Source of the DNA: Eledone cirrhosa
Lineage: Eukaryota
DNA: 64,000 nt
NCBI GenBank assembly: GCA_964016885.1
Contig: OZ024742.1
Coordinates: forward strand, 337,156,001-337,220,000
Reading direction: 5' to 3'
Made by a program: the position numbers and the translations under genes. The stretch's first letter is position 1; the number at the start of each line of letters is the position of its first letter. Of the stretch, positions 54,717 through 64,000 are shown one piece after another. The notes beneath the pieces are model-generated. The model was not told the origin of the DNA and ran no database searches. It saw only the letters and a program-made list of their open reading frames with translations.

Positions 54717-55014
54717 GGTGTATTTTCCATATCACCAGCACAATAGAGGATGTTGATCATCGCCACAAAAGTAGAGTCCTCTCTACTCTATGGTGTGTGG
54801 AGAGAGGTGAGAAAGAATAAGATGGTATGTACTCATGGTGCATGATGAGTGTGATGGGATTTGACTGATGAGTGTAATGGAGGGATGTGACCACCGATAG
54901 AGTGTACTGTGATGCTAACAGCTATTCGAGCACTGTAACTGGTATTATAAGATTTTAGATGCAGGAAATGAGAATAGCCACAAAAGAGTGAAGCTTGAAT
55001 AGGGTCGGGTATAT

Positions 55015-55312
55015 ATAAAAGTGCCCAGTCCACACTGTAAAGTGGAGGTGTTGGTGTCATGACAAAAAGCTCCCAGTCCACACCGTAAAGTGGTGGTGTT
55101 GTTGACAACAAAAAGCTCCCTGTCTACATTGTAAAGTGGTCATGTTGGTGACAGGATGAAAAGTTCCGAGTTCACACTGTAAAGTGGTTGTGTAGGTGTC
55201 ACTACAAAAAGCACCCAGTACTCACTGTAAAGTGGTCGTGTTGGTGACATGACAAAAAGTGTTCAGTCCACTACACAACAGGACAACTCGTCTAACCCAT
55301 GGAAGCATGGAC
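55015..55312 (+). repeat. Five to six tandem ~50-bp units of the RTE/SINE 3'-UTR module, ending in an RTE tail
   Basis: Repeats of AAAAGC.CCCAGT.CACACTGTAAAGTGGT.GTGTTGGTG, then ACAACAGGACAAC..TCTAACCCATG. Confidence 0.8.
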
Positions 55313-55651
55313 ATATATATATATATATAATCCATAAACATAGCTTTGTAAACGATTTGGTGAAGAAACCGAATATTATTTATTTCATTAATAAACTGTT
55401 TATGTAGTACTATTTTAAAAAACAATGTTTTCTGACAATCTTCCCAAACCATACTTTCTATGTATAAAAGATATGATAGTTACACAATGAATAAAAAGTG
55501 TTTCAAGGTTATTTACATGGGCGGGAACAAACAATCGAAAAATGTGTCATACTTTTTTTTTAATACTTGCACTAGTGAATGTAGGGCGCGCGCGTGCTTG
55601 TGTCTGTGTATGTGTGTATATATACCTATATATAAAATGTGGGTATTATTA

Positions 55652-55770
55652 AATATCTATATATAAAAAACTGAGGATGTCTGTGTGTGTGTGTGTGTGA
55701 GTTTGAATCCTTAAAACTCGAGAAGTACCCAACCGATATTTTTCAAACTTTACATGTGTATTACTTATGG
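55652..55770 (+). mobile_element. Possible Helitron/Helentron-type non-autonomous element 5' fragment
   Basis: TCTATATATAAAA..TGTCTG(TG)n..AACTCG..AACCGAT.TTTT.CAAACTTT resembles such 5' ends. No 3' end was identified. Confidence 0.35.
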
Positions 55771-55794
55771 GAGTGTATCTAAGAGAATTAGTAA

Positions 55795-56250
55795 TTTAAG
55801 ACAGACCTAGGGTGGTTAGAATTGGTATCAATGTAAAAAAGTTTTTCATTAGGTTTATGGTAAGGTGTAAAGAGGTTTTAGAATCCAAGCAAAGGGTAAC
55901 ATCAAGGGAATCAACAGTTTTGGTGTTCTTATCTAAAGTAATACTTAGGTTAAAACTTTTGAAGAATTTATGTAGTTCCTTCTTAGTTCTTTCAATTTTA
56001 TATTTTTTAATTTTTTACTACATAAATTCTTCAAAAGTTTTAACCTATGTATTACTTTATATAATGTTTATATAAATGTTGATACTTATGCTTACTTTTC
56101 ATATGTATCCTCAAAATGTTCTTATGACAAACTTCTGATATTATATTTGCGTTTTTACTTTATTATATACTCCGATGATTCCAGCCTTGTGCTAGGATGA
56201 AACGATCGTGATTAAATGTTTTAAACACTCTTTGATTGTTGTTTATCAAG
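55795..56250 (-). mobile_element. Penelope-like RT thumb fragment with inversion hairpin and pLTR remnant
   Basis: Minus strand reads KKELHKFFKSFNLSITLDKNTKTVDSLDVTL..PYHKPNEKLFYIDTNSNHP. There is a ~31-bp inverted duplication (55946-55976 / 56017-56047) and a degenerate hammerhead CCGATGA..GAAACGATCG at 56172-56210. Confidence 0.75.
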
Positions 56251-57029
56251 TATATACACACCATGCTAGCGTGGAAGATGGACATTAAATGAAGATGATG
56301 ATACATACATATATACACACACACACACACATATATATACATATATCATCGTTGTTTAAAGTCCACTTTCCATGCTAGCATGGGTTAGATGGGTTGACCC
56401 ATTTGAGGAAAGTTGGGTCAGGTGACTGTGATTTGCTCATATGGAACTTATATATATATATAAATTCTGTGAGCAGTTTCAATATATTGAAACTGCTCAC
56501 AGAATTTATGAAAAAAATTTTTTTTTAATATTTAATCTTTAAATAAGGTATATATATATATATTGTTATGAAAACTTTGTATAAGATAAGTGTTTATATT
56601 TGTCTCCAAACTTTTTTTGGTTGTGTATATATACGAGATTTGTATATGTATATATGTATGAGCTTTGTATATATATATATATATGTGATTTGTATGTGTT
56701 ATAAACTGTGTTGAATGTGTTTGCATATAAAATTTGTATGTATATGCCATTGAAAGTGTTTGTATATAAATTTGTATGTATCAGCCATTTTCGTTCTCCA
56801 GCCATTTTTGTTCTCACCTCCCACCCGCCTGCCCGCCCCACCTCTACCACATTTGGTATACATGCCTGATGCTGTATGCTAACCACTCCCTCGTGAATAT
56901 ATCATAGAATAGACAAGGGTCGGACGGAGGCTCTGTAAGCCGTAATGTAGGCAACCCGTCTAGGAGAGCTACCACTCCGAATAAATTGGTGCTGGGTAGA
57001 GAAGTCCCCTAAGTCCAGTAAGACAACTT

Positions 57030-58445
57030 CCCTAGTGCTGGTGGCACAAATAAAAGCACCTAGTCCATGCTGTAAAATGGAGGGGTAGAGAGGGGTCCTG
57101 AGTCCAGTAAGACATCCTCTCTAGTGTTGGTGGCACAAATAAAAGCACCCAGTCCATGCTGTAAAGTGGTGCTGGTGTTAGGAAGGGCATCCAACCAGTA
57201 TATATACTACTGCCAAAAACTATAAGCACAACAAATGAGAATTGCAACAACAGCAATAACACTAACCATGTTAGGGCTGCGCACGGTAGTGGGGTGGCTG
57301 GTGCGGCCATGAGCGAGAACCCTCCAACCGTCATCAAGCAATCGCACAAGAAAAAGAACAAGAAGACATCACATCTCAGAGTTGCCACACTTAATGTTGG
57401 CACTCTAACAGGTAGATCTGGTGAGATAGTGGAGATGCTGGAGAGAAGGCATGTGGATGTGTGCTGCATGTAAGAGGTGAGATGGAGAGGTGCCTCTGCA
57501 AGACTAGTCGCAAGCAAACATCTTAGTTATAAGCTTTTCTTGGTGGGTAATGATGATGGGTTAGGTAGGGTAGGCATTTTACTGGCTGAGAGATGGATTG
57601 ATAAGACAATAGAGGTAGTTAGAGTTAGTAATAGAATAATTAAGCTTAGATTAGTTGTAGGCAGGAGACTACTGACAATCATCTCTGCCTATGCTCCCCA
57701 GGCAGGCATAGGTAAAGAAGAGAAAGACTGCTTTTACGAGCAACTTTTACAAACAGCCACAATGACAGAGGATGGAGACATCGTTATGCTAGCAGGGGAC
57801 TTCAATGGTCATGTTGGATAGCTCCAGGATGGATACACTGGGGTACATGCTGGGCACGGTTATGGTTCAAGAAATGAAGAAGGAGTGAGGCTTCTTGAAT
57901 TTTGTGATGCAAGTGCACTAATTATTTGCAACACTAACTTCCAGAAACCTACCAATCACCTAATAATCTACAAATCAGGCGAGCACATAAGCCAGATTGA
58001 CTTCTTGCTAGTTAGACAGCGGGAGAGGCAGATGGTGTCAAATACCAAGGCATACCCTGGGGAAGAATGTACCCCACAGCATAGGTTAGTCGTTAGTGAC
58101 ATCTCAGTAAGCAAGAGAACGAATGAGACATACAGGAAAGTGTGGAAAAGAAAGGTCTGGACGCTAAAAGACCTTTAACTAAAATATAAATTTAGGAAAG
58201 CCATTCAAGAAGACGATTTAGAGTCGTATGACATAGATGATAACTGGAATTTCTTACGTGACAACTTACTGCAGGCTACTGAAGAAACTTGTGGCTGGGG
58301 CAGAGCTTCAACCAGACAGAGAGTGAGTTGGTGGTGAAACAGCACGGTAGATAGGGCCATTAGAGACAAAAGACTGGCATGGAACGCTTGGAAAAATGGT
58401 GGGAGTAGAGAAGGATACACAGCCGCTAAGAGAGAAGCTAGACAT
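57030..58445 (+). mobile_element. 5' part of an RTE LINE (5' UTR and AP endonuclease), pseudogenised
   Basis: VATLNVGTLTG..DVCCM*EVRW..ISAYAPQ..AGDFNGHVG..NTNFQK..SQIDFLL..PQHRLVV, with several stops. Confidence 0.92.
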
Positions 58446-59662
58446 TCCCCTAGACACCTCACACAGGCACACTTTTGTGAAGCTATACCTGTGACTCAAG
58501 GGCCAGGAGTTGTGAAACTATAGATCAGCCAAACCTAAAATTATAACCCTGGGTAGTGGTTGTATTGGTGTGATGAGAAAAGCTCCTAGTACAACTTGAA
58601 ATGTGGTTCGCATTAGCAAGGAGATCCAGCTGTAGAAAACCAAGCTTGAAACAGATTTGTATGAACAAGATGAAGTCACCTGTCCTGTTTAGCTGCATAA
58701 TATGAGTCTAACCCATGCAATCATGAAATAGACGTTAAAGTGATGATGTTGATATATATCAAAAGAAAAGGCTTGGCTACTTGGGCAATCTAGAAATACT
58801 GCAGTTCTGGAAGAAGATATTGGCAGTATTCATTTTCAAACCAATGAATATATAGTTAATTTAATAACTAATTTTTTAAACTATGCCATTTGAGATGTTT
58901 GGGGCAGCTGGACTGCTGACAATGAGGATTTTGTCATTGTTGCCAGCTCACTTTACTCAAGTATCAGGTGATGCCCTTGGTGAAGGTGCTTGGCTATTCC
59001 AGTGCCTTAACCTCGCTTTTACCAGCAGTAATAACCACAACTGTCTTGACTAATCCCCAAAAACTTTTAGAGGGAAACACCAACATTCCCAGTTGTAGTG
59101 TATAATGGTGTGTGCATATATTCTCTTTTTTCTTTGATTAATTTCTATTGATCTTTTTATAAAACATATTTATTACATTAATTGTTTATATGAACAGGTT
59201 CTTTTATTTTCATAAAGTCCTTTCTAGTATATGTAAGAACAATGTATCTAGGACTACAAAATAAAGTACTTTTATACATAAAATAAAGTACTTTTATATA
59301 TAAAGTACTTTTATATATAAAATAAAATACATCAAGCTTTTAACAAAATATAACAAACGAGCTGTGCAGAAGAAAAGTCATTAGATAATACCGGGGATTG
59401 TCTGGCTGCTTCCTCTTTGCATTGATTATCATCGAGACCCCAGGCATCCTCCGGACCCTGTAAGAACAGAACGTCAGTAGCCGATCTGAGGAAGCAACGC
59501 CGCGAGGTGGGACGGCTTTTGCAGCGGATGTCACTGGCCATTATCCGCAAAAATGCTTTTGTGGCTTTGTCCATGGGGTGCAGCCCAAATACCGCTGCAC
59601 CCTAGGACAAGAGCTCATCACCCTCTCGCCTTCCTCCCTCCTATTCTTCTGTGGCTCTAGAG

Positions 59663-60064
59663 CAGGGGTGTGCAACATATTCCATTGGTGGGCCACTTTT
59701 GAACATTGGAAAAACTATTAGGGCCAGTCACTGTCAAAAATATGTAATCTAATGAAAACCATTGAATTGAGTCTAACCCATGCTAGCGTGGAAGATGGCC
59801 GTTAATCGATGATGAGTCATAACTACATTGTGAATACATTTTTAAACAATAAAGACAAATAACATGGAACTGGGAAATTATAACACATAACCCAATCAGT
59901 GAAGCCCTTTAGTATAGGTCAACTAACAGAAAATTGTATTACAGTTACGGAAAAAAATTCTAAATAAGCCTACAAGGTAAACATTATAAATGGTCATCGT
60001 GGGCCACTCTGACTGGTCTGGAGGACCGGTTGGTGGCCCACAGGCCGCCTGTTGCGCGCCCTTA
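59663..60064. mobile_element. hAT-superfamily non-autonomous element (MITE)
   Basis: Perfect 8-bp target site duplication CTCTAGAG (59655-59662 and 60065-60072). Imperfect TIRs CAGGGGTGTGCAAC / GTTGCGCGCCCTTA. A nested RTE tail sits at about 59770-59815. Confidence 0.85.
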
Positions 60065-60568
60065 CTCTAGAGCCATTGCTTTTCCCTTCCTTATCCGTTT
60101 TTAAATATTTGTAGTGTTTTTCTAACTATTTTATAGTCATTCATTCGTATAGTTGCTCATTTATTAAATATTAAATTGTGTATATTTATGATTAACATTA
60201 ACATTTATTTCCTGCCATATATGTTTTGTGAGAAACTAATTTCTATGAAAATGTATTATTTTTTTTGTGCGCCTGTCACTCCAAATGCTTCTAAAAATGT
60301 TCTCCCCCTCCCCACATTATATATATATATATTCCTCTTCTCGTCGATTGATTTGTTCGGACTTAAGTCCACAAGATTCATTGACTTGTCTCTCTTTACG
60401 TTGCATTACTACCATGTTGTTTGTTTACTTTCCCCTTCCAATTCGCTCTGTCCCGATAACTTTAGTTCTCGCTCGCAGTGATTTTGAGGTATCTAGTCTT
60501 TAATGCGAAGAAATACCAATGATAATCAGCAGACTACTGATGATGGACAGTTTCTCGGTCTATTTTCA

Positions 60569-60605
<37 letters not shown>

Positions 60606-60644
60606 ATATTAAATAAATGGAAACTATATTTATAAAACCATATT

Positions 60645-60704
60645 TATTCTATTATATATATTTCAAGGGTACCAAAACATTTGGTACGCTTTCATCAGAT
60701 AAAA
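60645..60704 (-). ncRNA. Type I hammerhead motif (sense to BPNT2 pre-mRNA, intron 1)
   Basis: Reverse-complement copy of 60788-60849 with helix I slightly shortened. Confidence 0.7.
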
Positions 60705-60787
60705 GTTGGATAGTATCTATCCAAGAAAAACTTAAACTGTTAAGGTATCTTTTCTTGGTTATGTCAAAATTTATAAAACAAACTTTG

Positions 60788-60849
60788 TATTTTATCTGAT
60801 GAAAGCGTACCAAATGTTTTGGTACCTTTGAAATATATATAATAGAATA
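60788..60849 (+). ncRNA. Type I hammerhead ribozyme motif
   Basis: TATTTTAT-CTGATGA-AAGCGTACCAAA-tg-TTTTGGTACCTTT-GAAA-TATATA-TA-ATAGAATA. Same architecture as 23004-23070. Confidence 0.75.
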
Positions 60850-60995
60850 AATATGGTTTTATAAATATAGTTTCCATTTATTTAATATCATTGAATATTA
60901 TACTCCAGAAAATCTGTCGCGTTCTCTGAATCAGTTATAAACATATTTGTTGAATTACCAACAAATTGAATATCCCTTTTGCTTATATATATATA

Positions 60996-61261
60996 TACAA
61001 TATGTTGAAAAGGTAACACACTAGAGAGAGATAGTGTGCCATCAATAAAACAGGGAAAAACCACCAGTGTATGGAATCTATAACCTATGAAAGGCAGGGT
61101 AGACATATAGTTATATATATATACTTTACTTTATATTTTTAATTATCGTGTGTCTACCCTGCCTTTCATAGGTTATAGATTCCATACACTGGTGGTTTTT
61201 CCCTGTTTTATTGATGGCGCACTATCTCTCTCTAGTGTATTACCTTTTCAACATATTGTAT
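60996..61261. repeat. Inverted repeat with ~110-bp arms
   Basis: TACAATATGTTGAAAAGG..CAGGGTAGACA (60996-61105) is the reverse complement of 61151-61261. Confidence 0.92.
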
Positions 61262-61356
61262 TTTAAAGAGATCAGGATTCCTTCTCCTTTGAGCACATTA
61301 TTGACAGGGAATAGCAAGAGTCTATGGCTCCGTTAATTTATCATTTATATATATAT

Positions 61357-61455
61357 ATATTCATTTTATTAAGGCTAAATAGTGAGTCTTGTTACTCTGG
61401 AGTTTCACCTGTTTATCACAGGGTCATCACTATTTAGCCTTAATAAAATGAATAT
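61357..61455. repeat. Short inverted repeat (29-bp arms) enclosing a truncated hammerhead core
   Basis: Arms ATATTCATTTTATTAAGGCTAAATAGTGA / TCACTATTTAGCCTTAATAAAATGAATAT. On the minus strand the loop reads TGATGA-CCCTGT-gataa-ACAGGT-GAAA-CTC-ca-GAG-TA. Confidence 0.8.
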
Positions 61456-61506
61456 TAAAATTCTACTTCGGTATTGAAGTACTTTTCTACCAGCCGCCAA
61501 CTACAT

Positions 61507-61555
<49 letters not shown>

Positions 61556-61908
61556 GTTGGAGGTGGCTGACAATTGACCTTTTTCCAAGATAACGGAAAG
61601 GACAGCGGTGTGTCACCGATCACCTCCTAAAACTAACCTTAACCCTATTCCGGGAAAGTCTATTTCAAGTATCTAAGAGGCCCCGAAAAACGAATTTTAA
61701 CTGATAGATTTCGAAATTTCGATTTCATAAAAAAAAAAAAAAAAAAGGATCTCTTTATTAGCCACAAAGGGCTGACATGAAGAAGACACTAAGGACAGCA
61801 AAGGGCAACAAAATGTGATTTTTTGTTAGAATGTGTGATAATAGAAACCTCTCTCTCTCTCATCATCATCATCATCGTTTTATGTCCGTTCTTACACGCT
61901 AGCATGGG

Positions 61909-61954
<46 letters not shown>

Positions 61955-62945
61955 GGAAAAGACTGGCACACTTAATTCCACGGGGCGCTGGATTTCCCTC
62001 TAAATATATTTGAGGCAAACCAACATGGAATTGATGCAAGTGATAGTGAGGCGAAGGGGCTAGAATAGCTAAGCATCCTCACCATGAGCATCACCTGATA
62101 CTTCAGTAAGACGAGCTACCAACAGTTTTTAAAGCTGTTACACAAATACTACTTATAAATGTGTCTAAATAATTGTTGATTTCATTTTTAATAGGTACAA
62201 AGCAAATTTTATCCCAGCCTTACCAGTGAAAGTGTAGAGTAATTCGTCTAAATAAGTGCCTTATTATTAAATTTTTTTTATTGCGCGTCATCACTGCATT
62301 TCCGAGCACAGCTCTGTGCGCCTTGGATATGTGCAGTGTGATTTTTAGTGCTGTGTCTATTTATTTGAGAGCATTCTTCGTGTGAGCAGTATCATTATTA
62401 TTCTTTAGACAAAAAGACCAGGCGAAGGAGAAATGTTGATGGTTCTCAGTCAACAACGATCTCTCTCTCAATATATATACGTATTCACACATATACACGT
62501 GTATATACATATAAACACACACATATATAAACATATACACACCTATATAAAAACATATACACACACACAAACATATATACACACACACACATATATATAT
62601 ATATATAAACACACTACACACACATATATTGTGCACCTGAGCACTGTACACAATTTTCATTATACATATATATATATACACACATTATGTTTATATATTA
62701 TATCTAGTATAGTCCAATGGTAATTCATTAACAAACCAGTTAAGAGTTATTTGACATTGACTAATGTTACAACAGACTAAACAAAAACTGATATGGAGAA
62801 AATAAAGGAAGCATCTGAGAAAACCCGAAATATTTTCCTCTCTATATAAATAAGGTGGCGAGATACTTGTATATCTGAACACACAATGAAACAGTCATGT
62901 TGATGAGAGGGGAATAACAGACAACAAAATAATGCCAAATCTTAC

Positions 62946-63269
62946 TTTAAGTCCAGGGAAAGCTTTAGCCATGCCATAAATAATTGCTCGGTGGGACTCC
63001 ATATCCCCACGGGTCTTTAATTCGGCAGCTCCTTCTTTAGTATATCCTTTTACTTTGGCCGTCAATGCATTTTGTTCGCGGACTTCTAGTACTTTTTTAC
63101 CGCCACGACGCGCCAGTTCGATACTGACAGACAGTAACTCCTTCATGCAAATCCTCTCTTCTTTCTGGAACCAGCTCATTAGACCAAAATTGTAAATAAC
63201 CCCGCATGTTATACATAAAATTAAAAGCACAGCCCCAATTGGGTTTAAACGAATGTTGACAGGGGCCAT
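62946..63269 (-). CDS. BPNT2: BPNT2/IMPAD1 (Golgi PAP phosphatase, inositol monophosphatase 3-like) coding exon 1
   Basis: Translates MAPVNIRLNPIGAVLLILCITCGVIY (type II membrane anchor)...ELLSVSIELARRGG...KGYTKEGAAELKTRGDMESHRAIIYGMAKAFPGLK. 324 nt, phase 0, followed by donor GTAAG (62945-62941). An in-frame upstream ATG at 63293 is an alternative start. Confidence 0.93.
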
Positions 63270-63402
63270 CTTTTTAATTTGATTTGACACCATATTCTTA
63301 TATTTAACTTTCGTATTTACTAAACTGCGAATGAATTGTCGCTCTTTACTTAATTTAACAGAATTAATAAAGTAAAATAAAACCGTTTGTTTTAAATTTG
63401 TT

Positions 63403-63440
<38 letters not shown>

Positions 63441-63940
63441 GCCTGTGAGTATGTAAACGGGCGATATTAGAGTTTAACGTTCCGTTTTCACTTGCTCAAA
63501 CTTTACTTGATAATTAGTTTCTTAGCGGCTGAGGAAGATGTTTTCCTTTTAAACTTTTTATGTTGTGTTGCGGCTAACTTGATCGTCATAGAGGGTAATT
63601 TCTAGTGTGATACAATTGAGAACTTTTTTTTGTGTTGTCGTTATTGTTTAAGATGTGAGTGTGTATTCAAAGATTGCTTCCGAAATACAAAATGTCGATG
63701 TTATGGGATATGAAATTATACGGACATCATTCGTGATTTCTAATTCCTTTGTTACGAATTGAATATGTTTTTGTTGTTTTTTTTTCATTCAAGAAGTTGA
63801 AAGGTATTAATAAAATATATATACGTTTGTATGATCACTATTTTTACCAGCTGTCACCAATATCTTACTTTTCTGTCAATACATTTCACTGACGATCAGC
63901 AGCTGTTTTCGTTTTTTTAAATGTCGGAGTAATGACAATA

Positions 63941-63973
<33 letters not shown>

Positions 63974-64000
63974 TTTTATCTGTCTATCTCTATCTAGTGG

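Larger units (their letters stand above)
60601..60893. repeat. ~290-bp palindrome with a hammerhead in each arm
   Basis: 60601-60704 is the near-perfect reverse complement of 60790-60893. Confidence 0.92.

Noticed and set aside
33539-54820. Dozens of ORFs with RYTSYHQLLYS/IHFLPPTTLQ/DTLPTTNYFTV repeats
   Set aside because: These are frame-cycling translations of the 34-bp monomer with frequent TGA stops, not a repeat protein.
56915-56960. Hammerhead-like CGGACGG-AGGCT..AGCC-GTAA
   Set aside because: Three core mismatches; cannot be distinguished from chance.
62895-62945. C-terminal VRFGIILLSVIPLSST of ORF 62895-63293 as a stand-alone protein end
   Set aside because: This is read-through past the GTAAG donor into intron 1.

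Overview
This is an AT-rich, microsatellite- and retroelement-dense animal genomic window. The repeat landscape (RTE LINE/SINE tails ending in (GAT)n, Penelope-like remnants) suggests a cephalopod, probably an octopus; that assignment is inference. It holds one complete minus-strand protein-coding gene reconstructed by hand: a 5-exon BPNT2/IMPAD1 (Golgi PAP 3'-phosphatase, inositol-monophosphatase family), 341 aa, with GT-AG introns and consistent phases, CDS from 63269 to 13384. Its 34.6-kb first intron carries a ~22-kb array of a 34-bp satellite (about 640 units). The satellite appears to be amplified from a retroposon 3'-UTR motif and shows 3436-, 1476- and 1826-bp higher-order duplications. 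The rest is transposon debris: RTE LINE fragments with a PHD-like finger, tRNA-derived SINEs, two DD37D (maT) Tc1/mariner copies, a CRE-like RLE retrotransposon fragment, a hAT MITE and many Penelope-like pieces. The most striking unannotated signal is a set of at least 8 type I hammerhead ribozyme motifs plus degenerate ones. Several sit in both arms of long palindromes inside the gene's introns, and one pair has a ~100-nt structured helix II. Most short ORFs in the supplied track are microsatellite or satellite artefacts. There is no CRISPR array.
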